This document shows positions 9,595 to 20,950 of a stretch of 64,000 nucleotides of DNA, piece after piece. Source of the stretch: Pirellulales bacterium (lineage in GTDB: Bacteria; Planctomycetota; Planctomycetia; Pirellulales; PALSA-1355); NCBI GenBank assembly GCA_963733035.1, contig CAVTBU010000005.1, positions 1,728,001 to 1,792,000 of the forward strand, in the 5' to 3' direction. Each line of letters begins with the position of its first letter. Within the stretch, counting starts at the first letter, position 1. Below the pieces are notes generated by a model, which was given only the letters and a program-made list of their open reading frames with translations, was not told the origin of the DNA and did no database searches. The position numbers were made by a program, and so were the translations under genes.

Positions 9595-11223
9595 GTGTTT
9601 CGTTCTTTTACTTGTGGAATGTTCGTGCTTGCCGGGCTGTTGGCAAGTCGCTTTGTTGCAATCAGCCAGGCCGCTCCCGCAGCGAGCCGACCCAACGTGG
9701 TCGTTATTCTAGCCGATGATCTCGGGTTTTCCGACCTAGGTTGCTACGGTGGCGAAATTGCCACGCCCAATCTGGATCGCCTGGCGGCCGATGGCTTGCG
9801 GTTTACGCAATTCTACAACACGGCCCGCTGTTGGCCCTCACGTGCCGCGCTGCTGACGGGCTATTACGCTCAGCAGGTGCGCCGCGACACGTTGCCGGGC
9901 ATCAAATCGGGAGGGCGGGGTCAGCGTCCGGCATGGGCGCCGCTACTACCGGCAATGCTCGGCCCGCTCGGGTACCGCTCATATCACTCCGGCAAATGGC
10001 ACGTCGATGGCCAGATTCTGCCCAGTGGTTTTCATCACTCGTATTCTTTGGAAGACCATAATCGATTTTTCAAACCGCAACGACATACCAAGGACGATAG
10101 GCCGCTACCTCCGGTCGATCGAGACGACTATTACGCGGCCACGGCCATCGCGGATCATGCGGTGCAGTGTCTTCGCGAGCACGCCACCCAGCACGCTGGT
10201 GAACCGTTTTTCTCGTACGTGGCATTCACGTCGCCACACTTCCCGCTGCAGGCACCGCAAGAGGACATCGACCGCTACCGCGAGCGGTATCGAGTCGGCT
10301 GGAACGTCATCCAACAGGCGCGCGGCCGCAGGCTCAAGGAGTTGGGCATCGTCGAACACGCTCCACCTCCAATGGAACGCGAGGTCGGTCCCCCGTACGA
10401 CTTTCCCGAGGATCGCAAGAAACTGGGGCCCGGCGAAATTGCGCGGCCCCTTCCCTGGAACGAACTGACCGACGAGCAACGCTCGTTCCAGGCCGAAAAG
10501 ATGGCGATCCATGCCGCGATGGTCGATCGCATGGATCAGGAGATCGGACGCGTCATTGCACAATTAAAAAAGATGGGCCAGTTTGAAAACACGTTGATCC
10601 TGTTTGCCAGCGACAACGGTGCGAGCGCGGAAATCATGGTCCGCGGTGACGGGCACGATGCAAGCGCACTGCCCGGCTCGGGGGCCACGTTTTTGTGTTT
10701 GGGGCCCGGCTGGTCAAGCGCGGCGAACACGCCGTTTCGCCGCCACAAGACCTGGGTACACGAAGGAGGCATTTCAACGCCGCTGATTGCGCATTGGCCG
10801 CAGGGCATCAAGGCGCAGGGTGAGTTGCGGCACGATCCGGCCCACCTCGTCGACGTCGTTCCCACCGTGCTCGAGTTGGCCGGCGGAACCAAACCCAAAG
10901 AGTGGCACGGTGTGCCTGTTCCGGCTGCTCCCGGTAAGAGCCTGGTGGCCGAGTTCAAACGCGATGGCGCCGTTCGACACGACGACCTGTGGTGGCTGCA
11001 CGAAGGCAACCGAGCCCTCCGGGTGGGCGACTGGAAAATCGTCGCCGCCGGCCAGGATTCGCCGTGGGAACTCTACAACCTGGCCAACGACCGTGGCGAG
11101 ATGCACGACCTGGCGACTGCGATGCCGGACAAGGTCAGCGAACTTTCGCGGATCTGGGAGCAGCAATATGAGGAGGTTCGCAAGTTGGCGACCTCCGACG
11201 CGGGCGCGGCCAGCGACAAGTGA
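9595..11223 (+). CDS. Secreted arylsulfatase
   Basis: Signal peptide; PNVVVILADDLG, formylglycine motif CWPSRAALLTG, SGKWH, SDNG. GTG start after GGAGG. Confidence 0.95.
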   Translation: MFRSFTCGMFVLAGLLASRFVAISQAAPAASRPNVVVILADDLGFSDLGCYGGEIATPNLDRLAADGLRFTQFYNTARCWPSRAALLTGYYAQQVRRDTLPGIKSGGRGQRPAWAPLLPAMLGPLGYRSYHSGKWHVDGQILPSGFHHSYSLEDHNRFFKPQRHTKDDRPLPPVDRDDYYAATAIADHAVQCLREHATQHAGEPFFSYVAFTSPHFPLQAPQEDIDRYRERYRVGWNVIQQARGRRLKELGIVEHAPPPMEREVGPPYDFPEDRKKLGPGEIARPLPWNELTDEQRSFQAEKMAIHAAMVDRMDQEIGRVIAQLKKMGQFENTLILFASDNGASAEIMVRGDGHDASALPGSGATFLCLGPGWSSAANTPFRRHKTWVHEGGISTPLIAHWPQGIKAQGELRHDPAHLVDVVPTVLELAGGTKPKEWHGVPVPAAPGKSLVAEFKRDGAVRHDDLWWLHEGNRALRVGDWKIVAAGQDSPWELYNLANDRGEMHDLATAMPDKVSELSRIWEQQYEEVRKLATSDAGAASDK

Positions 11224-11378
11224 GTGCGCGGCTGAGACGGTTTATCGAGCGGCACTGGCGAAGTTCGGTTCGGACGGAACTCGCTCACGAATACCACGAG
11301 CGCGACCAAAGCAAAGGGGCGGAGGTCGCGCGACCTCCGGCCCCAAGTTTGCGTCTCGCCGGCGAATCAGGTTCGCCG

Positions 11379-12398
11379 TTAGCTGACCGACCAGGTTTCG
11401 CCGCTTTCGAACAGCGCCTTGAGGTCGCCCTTACTACGCTGTTTGGCCGCTTCAACCTGAGCGCTTAGCACTTCTTCGTAGCGAGGCTTGTCGATGTCGC
11501 GAAATACGCCGATCGGCTCGGGGAACTCGGGATGCGACATCCGGCTGAGCAGGTAGGCCAAGGTCGGCTCGGCGGCCTTCTCGTCGTGGAACAGCAAATC
11601 GTCCTCGCTGATGCCCTTGCCCAGTTCGACCACCTCAGGCGACATGCCGTTGAGCCGGATGCCCTTATCGCGATTCTTGCCGAAGATGAGCGGCTTGCCG
11701 TGTTCCAGTTCGAGCGTGCGTTCCGCTTTTACGTCGCGGCCGGTGACGTACTCGAAAGCGCCATCGTTGAAGACGTTGCAGTTCTGATAGACCTCGACAA
11801 ATGAAGTGCCCACGTGCTCCGCGGCTCGCTTGAGCGTGGCGGCCAGGTGCTTGATGTTAATGTCAATCGAGCGAGCGACGAATGTGGCCTCGCAGCCAAT
11901 GGCCACCGAGAGCGGATGCAGCGGATTGTCGATCGCGCCGGCGGGCGTGCTCTTGGTAACCTGGCCCAGCACCGAGGTGGGCGAATACTGACCCTTGGTG
12001 AGCCCGTAGATGCGGTTATTGAACAACACAATGTTGATGTTCAGGTTGCGGCGGATGGCGTGCATCAGGTGGTTGCCGCCGATCGACAGTGCGTCGCCGT
12101 CGCCGGTGATGACCCACACCGACAGGTCGGGACGGGAGATCTTGACGCCCGACGCCACGGCCGGCGCGCGACCGTGAATCGAGTGCATGCCGTACGTGTT
12201 CACGTAGTATGGAAAGCGGCTCGAACAACCAATGCCCGAGATGAACACGGTTTGCTCGGGCGGAATGCCCAGCGTCGGCAGCACCTTCTTCATCTGAGCC
12301 AGAATCGAATAATCACCACATCCGGGACACCAACGCACCTCCTGGTCGCTGGCAAAATCGCCGGGTGTTAACACGGGCAACGCGGTTTCAGTGCTCAT
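11379..12398 (-). CDS. korB: 2-oxoacid:ferredoxin oxidoreductase beta subunit
   Basis: WCPGCG, SGIGCS, HGRA, GDGD and YGLTKGQYSPT motifs. Confidence 0.95.
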   Translation of the reverse strand: MSTETALPVLTPGDFASDQEVRWCPGCGDYSILAQMKKVLPTLGIPPEQTVFISGIGCSSRFPYYVNTYGMHSIHGRAPAVASGVKISRPDLSVWVITGDGDALSIGGNHLMHAIRRNLNINIVLFNNRIYGLTKGQYSPTSVLGQVTKSTPAGAIDNPLHPLSVAIGCEATFVARSIDINIKHLAATLKRAAEHVGTSFVEVYQNCNVFNDGAFEYVTGRDVKAERTLELEHGKPLIFGKNRDKGIRLNGMSPEVVELGKGISEDDLLFHDEKAAEPTLAYLLSRMSHPEFPEPIGVFRDIDKPRYEEVLSAQVEAAKQRSKGDLKALFESGETWSVS

Positions 12399-12499
12399 TT
12401 CACTCCCAAGTGCCACTGATGGGCGGTTGGTGATGCTTGCAATCGGTTTCGGTGTTTAAAGGCAAGTCCGGACGCCCCTGCGTCCGCCGGCTTGCGGTG

Positions 12500-14353
12500 C
12501 TAGTTCTTCAAGACCGCTTCGATCTTCTCCACGATTTCGCGGATCGCGAACGGCTTACCCTGGATCTTGTTCAGGCCGATGGCGTCGACCAGGAACTCGG
12601 CCCGCAGCAGCATTCGCAACTGCCCCCGGTTCAACTCGGGCACGAGCACTTTGTCGAAGCGCTGGATAATCTCCCCCAAGTTCGCAGGGAACGGATTGAG
12701 GTACCGCAAATGCACGTGCGAGACGTCAGCTCCGCGATTGCGGGCTTGCCGCACGCCCGTGGCGCAGGCGCCATAGGTACCTCCCCAACTGATGACAAGG
12801 AGCTTGCCACTGGCCGGACCGTCGACCTCTTGTGGCGGAATCTCATCCGCCACGAGCGCAACTTTCTTGGCCCGCAGATTGACCATGTGTTCGTGGTTGG
12901 CCGGCTCGTAATTGACGTTGCCGGTGATGTCTTGTTTCTCCAGGCCGCCCAGGCGGTGCATCAAACCGGGTGTTCCGGGCACGGCCCAGGGGCGTGCCAG
13001 ATGCTCGTCGCGGGCATATGGCAGGAATGGTTCGCCGTTGTCTCGAGCCTGAGGATGCTTAATGGTGAACTGCGGCAGTGCATCGACGTCGGGCACCTTC
13101 CAGGGCTCGGCGCCGTTGGCAATGTAACCGTCGGTCAGCAGGATAACGGGCGTCATGTAGCGGACGGCAATGCGCCAGGCGTCGAACGCGGCGTAGAAGC
13201 AGTCGGCCGGACTCTGGGCGGCGATCACCGGCAACGGACACTCGCCGTTGCGGCCAAACATGGCCTGCATCAGATCCGCCTGCTCGGTCTTGGTTGGCAG
13301 CCCCGTGCTGGGACCGCCGCGCTGCACGTTGATGACGACCAGCGGCAGCTCGGTCATCACGGCCAGACCGATGGCTTCGGTCTTCAGCGCGATACCCGGC
13401 CCGCTCGACGCGGTGACACCCATCGCGCCGGCGAACGCGGCCCCAATGGCGGATGAAACGGCTGCGATCTCGTCTTCGGCTTGAAACGTGCGGACGCCAA
13501 AGTTTTTGTGTCGTACCAACTCGTGCAAGATGTCGCTGGCGGGCGTGATCGGGTAGCTGCCAAAGAAGATTTCGGCGCCGCTGCGCTGGGCGGCAGCAAC
13601 CAGGCCCCAGGCCAAGGCCTGGTTGCCGGTGATGTTGCGATACAGGCCTGGCTCGAGGCTGGCCTTGTTGACCTTATACTGGCTGGCCATGGCGTCAGTC
13701 GTTTCGCCATAGTTGTAGCCGGCGTGCAGGGCTCGCCGGTTGGCCTCGGCCACGGCCGGCATCTTGCCAAACTTGGCGTCAATGTAGCGAAGCGTCGGCT
13801 CAAGCGAACGGTCGTAGAGCCAGAACACCAGGCCCATTGCATAGAAGTTGCGGCAGCGGTCGCTTTCCTTCTGGCCGAGCCCCAGCCCGTCGACGGCCAG
13901 CCGTGTCAGCTTGGTCATTTCGACCGAAAAAAGCTGGTAACCATCGAGGCTGCCGTCCTCCAAGGGGTTCGAGGTGTAGCCAGCCTGGCCCATCCCCTTC
14001 TCGTCGAAGGCATCTTTGTTGACGATCAGAATGCCGCCAGCAACCAGATCAACCAGGTTCGTGGTCAGCGCCGCGGGATTCATCGCGACCAAGGCGTCTA
14101 CCTGGTCGCCCGGCGTGAAAATTTCCGTGCTCGCAAAGCGAATCTGGAAACCACTAACGCCGGCCTTGGTGCCACGGGGAGCGCGAATCTCGGCGGGAAA
14201 GTCGGGGAAGGTGGCAATGTCGTTGCCGGCCAGCGCAGAGGTATTGGTCAGCTGCGTGCCGGCCAACTGCATGCCGTCGCCAGAGTCGCCGCAAAAACGT
14301 ACCGTCGCGGCATCCAGCTCGACGAGTGGCTTAGATCGGGTTGTGGTGGCCAT
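12500..14353 (-). CDS. korA: 2-oxoacid:ferredoxin oxidoreductase alpha (gamma-alpha) subunit
   Basis: GDSGDGMQLAG, YPITPAS, QAEDEIAA and QRGGPSTGLPTK motifs. Confidence 0.95.
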   Translation of the reverse strand: MATTTRSKPLVELDAATVRFCGDSGDGMQLAGTQLTNTSALAGNDIATFPDFPAEIRAPRGTKAGVSGFQIRFASTEIFTPGDQVDALVAMNPAALTTNLVDLVAGGILIVNKDAFDEKGMGQAGYTSNPLEDGSLDGYQLFSVEMTKLTRLAVDGLGLGQKESDRCRNFYAMGLVFWLYDRSLEPTLRYIDAKFGKMPAVAEANRRALHAGYNYGETTDAMASQYKVNKASLEPGLYRNITGNQALAWGLVAAAQRSGAEIFFGSYPITPASDILHELVRHKNFGVRTFQAEDEIAAVSSAIGAAFAGAMGVTASSGPGIALKTEAIGLAVMTELPLVVINVQRGGPSTGLPTKTEQADLMQAMFGRNGECPLPVIAAQSPADCFYAAFDAWRIAVRYMTPVILLTDGYIANGAEPWKVPDVDALPQFTIKHPQARDNGEPFLPYARDEHLARPWAVPGTPGLMHRLGGLEKQDITGNVNYEPANHEHMVNLRAKKVALVADEIPPQEVDGPASGKLLVISWGGTYGACATGVRQARNRGADVSHVHLRYLNPFPANLGEIIQRFDKVLVPELNRGQLRMLLRAEFLVDAIGLNKIQGKPFAIREIVEKIEAVLKN

Positions 14354-14530
14354 TGGGGTCCTGGAGTCCTCTCGGTATCAAAAGACGGCGGCGCGAAGTC
14401 GAGGGCACCGCAAATCGAAAGTTCGCATGCGAGTCGTGCACGGCGTCGGAATCGCTCAAGGCAGGTTCTGTTCCAGCGAGCATCGAATCATTGTCCAGTC
14501 GGTGTCTTCGGCCGTAGGCGCGCAAGCTCA

Positions 14531-14558
14531 ATTCTTGAAGTGGCTCCACTTCAAGAAT
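14531..14558. promoter_or_regulatory. Perfect palindrome ATTCTTGAAGTGG-CT-CCACTTCAAGAAT upstream of korA
   Basis: 13-bp perfect inverted arms; function unknown. Confidence 0.55.
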
Positions 14559-14869
14559 GACCGACACGCCCCATCATGTGCGATGCGAGACTGCCCGTCA
14601 GAACGCCGTTGATGCCACTGCCGGCTGGCGAATGGCCAGTTGGCACAGCGACCATCGACGCTTGTTTGACTGCGACCATGCCAAAAGCTGGCGACCGAGC
14701 GCAGACACGAGGAAGGACCCGAATCCGGGAGGAGGTATGACGATCGACGCCAGCGTTGGGGTTCCGTCTTCACGGCCCGCCCCCTTGACGCCAGCACACG
14801 TGGGAGCTCAAGGTTCACCGCACGCCTTAGCAAAGCATTAAGAGCTCGGTTTACCGATACACTTTATTA

Positions 14870-14898
14870 AATGTACCACCGCCGCCGGGACCCGGCAA
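14870..14898 (-). promoter_or_regulatory. Putative sigma70 promoter (TTGCCG-17-TACATT, extended -10 TG)
   Basis: Read on the minus strand, pointing toward korAB about 510 nt away. Confidence 0.45.
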
Positions 14899-15079
14899 GC
14901 ACAGCAGCTTTCCTTCTCGTAAGAATCGAAAGACCCCGTAAAACACCGTGATTTGTCAGGCCTGCTGGCCAGGTCGACCGGCCGCAACGACGCGCGCATC
15001 CGCGGACAGGTCCGCGACCTAAGTCGTTAATTTCGCGATTTTCCTCGCGGTACTTCGAGCCGCGCAGCGAAACCGCCGG

Positions 15080-15934
15080 CTAGGGGTTCGTCGTGGGGGG
15101 CTCGGGACGCCGCGGGTCGACGTAGTACTGCGTCAGATCGATGCCCCCCTTGAGTTCTTCCTCTGCTAGCTTGAGCCGCGACTCGAGTTTCTCGATACGG
15201 CGCAACAGCTGCATCAGCAGGTTCGGACCTTCATCCACCTGGACGGGCCGCGGCACCTCCGGATAGCCCAGGTGGCGATGCAGCGCGCCGAACAACAATA
15301 GCGGATCCTTGCCGCGGTTGGCCAGCGCGATCCGCCCTTCGCCTTCGCCAAATAGCACGGGTTGCTCGTGCGGCGGCACACCGTCGGCCGCACCGGCCAT
15401 TTGACGACGGAAGTAGTGTTCGCTACGCACATAGATCAGATCGGCAAAATCGACCAGACCGATTTGGTGTCGTACGATGCCGATCCACTGGCGCCAGGCG
15501 GCATCGAATACCACGTCGCCGGCAATCGCTTGCAGGCCGCGGTCATAGCCCAGGCGATTCCGCGCCAGCGATTCAAACTCGTACAGAAAAATGCCCTGGG
15601 CCGAAGCGCCGCGGGCTCGATACTCGGCTTCGCGGGCGAGGATATTCAGGGCCAGGATCATATCAAAACGGCCGCGGTCATTTTCCGCTTCGCCGACAAC
15701 GAACGTCTGGAACGGCGTGAAATAGTGCGGCAACTTGCTCATTGCCGTGTGAAACACGCCGTTGAGCTTGAGCTCGCCAGCCAGGAAATCGATCGCCATC
15801 GGCAGCTTGGTCGTCGAGAGGGCCTCCTCGCGAACCATGCCCAACAGATCCTGCGTCGAAACACCCAGCGCGTTCCGTTCGGCCAGCGACTTAAAGAAAT
15901 GAGCCTGCTCGACGTACTCTTCGCGTTCTAGCAT
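15080..15934 (-). CDS. Hypothetical protein, planctomycete-type (MLEREEYVEQAHFF…)
   Basis: Long protein-like ORF; start placed at 15934. Confidence 0.8.
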   Translation of the reverse strand: MLEREEYVEQAHFFKSLAERNALGVSTQDLLGMVREEALSTTKLPMAIDFLAGELKLNGVFHTAMSKLPHYFTPFQTFVVGEAENDRGRFDMILALNILAREAEYRARGASAQGIFLYEFESLARNRLGYDRGLQAIAGDVVFDAAWRQWIGIVRHQIGLVDFADLIYVRSEHYFRRQMAGAADGVPPHEQPVLFGEGEGRIALANRGKDPLLLFGALHRHLGYPEVPRPVQVDEGPNLLMQLLRRIEKLESRLKLAEEELKGGIDLTQYYVDPRRPEPPTTNP

Positions 15935-16108
15935 GGAGAAAAGTGAACCTGGAAACTGCCTTTTGACCGTTCGATCATACCATGCCGCCGGAGGTTTGGG
16001 CGTGTGGTGGTCGCTGGATTTGAGATCCCTCAACTGGGTATACTCCAGAGGCACCGGCAACGGTAGCGGAACATTTCGAACCGGGCCAAATACAGAGGAA
16101 ACCGAGTC

Positions 16109-18260
16109 ATGCTGGGTCGACAAATCCTAGGGACGCTTGCGTGTTTGTTTGCCGTGTGCCTGGTGACGGCGGCGCCCACCGCAGGGGCCGAAAAGAAGCT
16201 CAACGTCGCCCGTTTGAAGAAGGGGGACAAGCTCGAGTACTACAACGGTCGGGAGTGGATTCCGGCTGAGTATGTCGACGAGTTCAGCTCCTTGGCGCTG
16301 CGCGTTATTCGTGAGCCGTTCAAGACACCCGTTGCCACGACCATCAGTGCACTTCGACTTCCACAAAGACGGGCCAAGGCCGCCGGCGCCCCCGCGGAAA
16401 ACCCCTTCGCCACCGAGGAAGAACGAATCGCTGACCGCAAACCCCGCACTTGGGCCGACGCCGGCGGAAAGTTTAAAGTCGAAGCCACGTTCCTGCGGGT
16501 CGACGGCGAGAACGTCGTCCTCAAACGCACGGACGAGAAGGAGATCGCCGTGCCGCTGGCTCGGCTCAGCGACACCGACCGCCAGTACGTCGAAGCGTTG
16601 GAACCGTCTGCCGTGGTCGAAGAAAGCGAAACCCCGTCGCCTGCTGGCCTGGCACACGAGAAGGAAAAGCCCGCGCCGCGCGAACTGCCGCTGACCGAAA
16701 CGAACCTGGGCGCGGCCGACGTGATGGAGCTGATCGGCGATGGTTGGACGTACCAGCCGGACCCAGTTCTCGAAGGACAGGGACTGCGCAAGGTGCGGCT
16801 GCCGCTGGCGAAAATGAACTTCTTCGAGAAGCCGCAACAGATCTTGCTGGTGCCGGCCGAGAAGCGGGCTTTCGTCGTGACCTACAAAAACTTTCAGGGG
16901 AAACAAATCGGCGTGCAAGCGTTCGACGTGCAACGCGGCACGCCCAGCGGTTCGGGCGTGTTCAGCAAGCAGGCGGCGCCGATTGCCGCATCAGCGGACG
17001 GCAATTGGATTCTTGCTCGTTCGCAGGGCGATTCCTTCGGCACGACGGCGGAGTTGCGACTCTACAAGCGGAACGGAATGAAGGTTACCCCCGAAAAAGC
17101 CTGGATTCCCTATCGCCACCACGGGCCCCTGGACGAGGGCGGCCACGAACCACACTACCCGCGCGAAGCCGAAGTGGTGTGGGCAGAGTTCCTGGGTTCT
17201 GACCGCGTGATTTCATTGAGCCGCGTGGGCGAACTGGCGGTCTGGTCGGTGGCCGATCTGAAGCCGTTCTATCAGATCAAGCTTAGCGGCGACTCCCAGC
17301 CGGCGCTGAGTCGCGGCGGAAAGTACTTGGCCGTGACCCTAACGGGAAGTGTGGCAATCTTACAAACGTCCGATGGGAAGCTGGTCGGCCAACTCCCGGC
17401 CGACGCCGCGACCGCCATGAGCGCACTGGATTTCTCGCTCGATGGACGCAAGTTGGCGCTCCGCACGCTCGGAAACCGATTGCGGGTGTGGGACCTGACC
17501 ACTCAAGAACTCGAGCGCGAGTTCTCCATTCCGGCGCATCGCGGCATGCCGCATTCGATTTCGCGATCTGGCCTGGGTCGCCGACAATTACTTGCTGAGC
17601 GGTAGACACTTGATCGACGTGAGTCACTATCGCCCCGTTGCGACATACGGAAGGCTGTCGACTTGGTTGGAACAGGGTGGGCGTGTGTGGTACGTCGAAG
17701 ACCCCGTCGGAACCGGAACGTCGACACTCACGTCCGCAATCGTTCCCTCGCAGACGATCCGCGACCAGTGGTCGAAGGTGCCGACCGACGAAACACAGCT
17801 CGTCATTCATCCCGGCGTCGAAGTCGCCCTCGAACTACAGACCAACGATGCCCATACTGCCGAGACGCGGCAGTCGCTTGTCCAGTCGCTCTCGCAGCGC
17901 GGTCTCAAGATCGTCCCGCAAAGCCCGATCAAGCTGGTGGGCACAATCGGTCCTGGAAAGACGAGCGCGATGAACTATACTTCCGTCGGCCGTTTTGGCC
18001 GTAATTCAACCGCGGTTTCCGTGCAGGGACACGTGGCAACGCTCAGCTATCAGGTGGACGGCAATACGGTCTGGGAACACACGAGGGAAACTTCGGCGCC
18101 GCATTTCATGCACTTGAAAAAAGGGGAATCAATTGCCGAGACGGCACAATCTCAGGCCAATCTCGATTCCCAGGCCTTTCTGGGGTTTTGGATTCCGGTC
18201 AACGTGCCGCGACCCAACCCGGATGTCACGGCGGCTACATCGGAATACCCCGCCAATTGA
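16109..18260 (+). CDS. Secreted SHD1-domain / WD40-like beta-propeller protein (frameshift ~17560)
   Basis: Signal peptide; SHD1 motif RTWADAGGKFKVEATF…VPLARLSDTDRQYV; WD-like repeats. Continues in ORF 17592..18260 (…DLAWVADNYLLSG). Confidence 0.8.
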
Positions 18261-18350
18261 GAAATCACGGCCGCACGGGGTGAATCCTGGTCGCGCGATT
18301 GCGGTTCCTAAAGGGGGACGGGGTTTCTACAAACCGACCGCATCCAGTGA

Positions 18351-18946
18351 ATGGTCATGTTGGCTGTGCGACCCACGAATTCTTGCGTCGTGCGATTTTT
18401 GGCGGCTCAACGGCAGTTGAGCCTCAGCTATCCGCATGTCGGCGCAACGCGCTGGTCTGCCGACCGGATACGTCATCGATCACCTGCGCAGAGATTGGCA
18501 GCGGGGAGCGGGCCTTTCTTGCAGCGACAGACGCCCTTCGTCGTTGGCAACATTTCGAACTCGGTTGGCTCCAGGCATGGCCCACCGCGACGCCTCTGGA
18601 AGTCGGCTCGGCAATTGCCGTCATCGCTCGCGTGTTTGGAATCTCGTGGCTGAACGCCTGCCGAATCGTGTACGTCGTCGATGAGGACGGGCCGGTGCGA
18701 AGGTTCGGTTTTGCCTATGGGACGTTGCCTGGTCATGCCGAATGCGGCGAGGAGCGGTTTCTTGTCGAGTGGGACCGCACAAGCAATCAGGTGTGGTACG
18801 ACATTTTGGCGTTTTCGCGCCGAAGGCACCGTCTGGCAAAACTCGGTTATCTCGCCGTTCGTCGCTTGCAAAAGCGTTTCGCTCGCGACTCGGTAGTGGC
18901 GATGCAGAATGCCGTGGCTGCCGCACCGACCACGGTATCAACCTAG
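18351..18946 (+). CDS. DUF1990-family protein (two frameshifts, ~18452 and ~18488)
   Basis: LSYPHVGATR / AGLPTGYVIDH / IGSG…NACRIVYV…FGFAYGTLPGHAECGEERF, spread over three frames. Confidence 0.85.
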
Positions 18947-19755
18947 GTGCGACTTGCCGACTCGTCAAGTTCTCGCCGCAGGCGGTTGTATTGCGTGCGA
19001 ACTTCTTGGGGGCCGTACTTCCGTTCGAGCTGCCGGACCGTGAAATGACCGCGGGCCATATCCTGGAAGTGGTTGATGAACACCAGGTTGACCGCTGCCC
19101 CGCCGGCTGCTCCCAGGGCAGGAACCGATTGGGCGGCGAACTTGGCCGACACCGGAATGTGGAATCGGGCTGCGATTTTGGCGATCAACTGCACGATTGC
19201 CGGCGCGCCTTCCTCGGCCAGACCCCGCTCGGCCAGATACTTGGCCGCTTCGGAAACCGAGCGGGCGAGCATCGTCCGCGTGGCATAGTAGCTCGTTTCG
19301 GATGCATCGTCCGTTTGCGAGCGGCTCCCAAGAGCAAATACCTCGAGGCAAGCCAATTGGCACTCCGGCGAACGAATGTTTTCTCCGTGAGCCCGGGCAA
19401 TATCGGCCACCGAACGGAGGATGAGCGTGGTGGAAACCGGGAGCTCGATTGCCAGGGCCGGCAAGCCAAACGCTCCGCCCGCGGCACCGCTCAACGTCGC
19501 CATCGCCTTGTGCATCCGGTTGGAAGGCCGCAGTCCGCGCTCGGCATTCATTGTTGAAACAGCGCCCCGCAGTGCCGTCCGCAGCGCCTTTTCGGTCGCT
19601 TCTCCGATCCGTTGGGAGACGTCGCGTGGCAATTTGCTCAGCGCGTACTCGACCGGAGCGCCGACGACGTTCGCAATTTGTACGGCAAGACCGGGATTTT
19701 CCAGCGTCGTGACGGCATCGGCCAAGGCATCGAGGTCTTCGGGAGAGAACATCAT
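18943..19755 (-). CDS. EcsC-family protein
   Basis: GAAGGAFGLPALAIELPVSTTLILRSVADIA…ACLEVFALG. Confidence 0.85.
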   Translation of the reverse strand: MMFSPEDLDALADAVTTLENPGLAVQIANVVGAPVEYALSKLPRDVSQRIGEATEKALRTALRGAVSTMNAERGLRPSNRMHKAMATLSGAAGGAFGLPALAIELPVSTTLILRSVADIARAHGENIRSPECQLACLEVFALGSRSQTDDASETSYYATRTMLARSVSEAAKYLAERGLAEEGAPAIVQLIAKIAARFHIPVSAKFAAQSVPALGAAGGAAVNLVFINHFQDMARGHFTVRQLERKYGPQEVRTQYNRLRRELDESASRT

Positions 19756-19827
19756 CGGCAGTTCCAGGGAGCAAAGCAGTGACTCTAGGCATTATTGGCG
19801 TGCAGTCCGCCGGGGCAAACCGAACGC

Positions 19828-20895
19828 CTAGGACTTCGTGACTGCCGCGGCGATTGCTTCGCGCGTCACCGGTTCGATCACGCCACGCTCGCAGATAATG
19901 GCCTTGATCAATCGGGCGGGAGTGACGTCGAAGGCTGGGTTGTAAACTTCAACTCCCTCGGGAGCCGTGGCGCGGCCGAAGCCGTGGGTGACCTCGCGAG
20001 GATCGCGCTGTTCGATCGGAATATCGCTGCCGTCGGCCAGCGAGAGGTCGAAGGTGCTGGTGGGGGCGGCCACATAGAACGGAATTTCGTGCGCGGCGGC
20101 CAAGAGTGCCACGCCGTAGGTGCCAATCTTGTTGGCCGTATCACCGTTTGCGGCGATCCGGTCGGCGCCGGTCACAACCGCTTGCACGCGTCCCTCGCGC
20201 ATGACTTGTGCCGCCATGGAATCGCAAATCAGCGTAACTTCGATTCCACGTCGTTGAAGTTCCCAGGTCGTGAGTCGCGCGCCTTGCAACAACGGGCGAG
20301 TTTCATCGGCATAGATGTGCAATCGCTTGCCGGATTCCTCCGCCGCGAAGAACACGGCCAGCGCCGTGCCGTAGTCGGACGTGGCCAGTCCGCCGGCATT
20401 GCAATGCGTCAACACGCCCTGACCATCGGCTAGCAGCGCGGCGCCGCGGCGGCCAATTGCGCGGCACATCTGGCGGTCTTCGGCTTCGATGGTCCGGGCT
20501 TCGGCAAGCAGGGCGGCAAGGATCTCGCCCGGTGGCCTGTCCGACAAGCGATGCCCGGCGGCGCGCATCCGGTCCAGGGCCCAGAACAGGTTGACGGCGG
20601 TGGGACGGCTGGTAGCGAGGTAGTCGGCAACCTCATCAAGCCGGGCCAGCAGGACACTGCCGCCGGCGGCCAGTGCGGGTCGCACGCCGAGGCAAACACC
20701 GTAGGCCGCCGCGACTCCAATCGCCGGAGCGCCGCGGACGCGAAGCGATTTGATGGCTTCCCAGACAGTTTCCGCGTCGTGGCAATCGACGTAGCTCAAC
20801 TCGCCGGGCAGCTGTGTTTGATCGATGAGTCTCAGGTAGCCATCGGCATCGCCGACCCAGGCCAGTGTGGCGACCGCAGCATTGGAAGCATTCAT
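19828..20895 (-). CDS. mtnA: S-methyl-5-thioribose-1-phosphate isomerase
   Basis: VRGAPAIG, SRPTAVNL, THCNAG, DETRPLLQGARLT and NKIGTY motifs. Confidence 0.97.
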   Translation of the reverse strand: MNASNAAVATLAWVGDADGYLRLIDQTQLPGELSYVDCHDAETVWEAIKSLRVRGAPAIGVAAAYGVCLGVRPALAAGGSVLLARLDEVADYLATSRPTAVNLFWALDRMRAAGHRLSDRPPGEILAALLAEARTIEAEDRQMCRAIGRRGAALLADGQGVLTHCNAGGLATSDYGTALAVFFAAEESGKRLHIYADETRPLLQGARLTTWELQRRGIEVTLICDSMAAQVMREGRVQAVVTGADRIAANGDTANKIGTYGVALLAAAHEIPFYVAAPTSTFDLSLADGSDIPIEQRDPREVTHGFGRATAPEGVEVYNPAFDVTPARLIKAIICERGVIEPVTREAIAAAVTKS

Positions 20896-20950
20896 CCCCC
20901 AAGTCTAGCAGGGAGGTCGGCGGACGATCAGACAGGATTGATAGCGCTCG

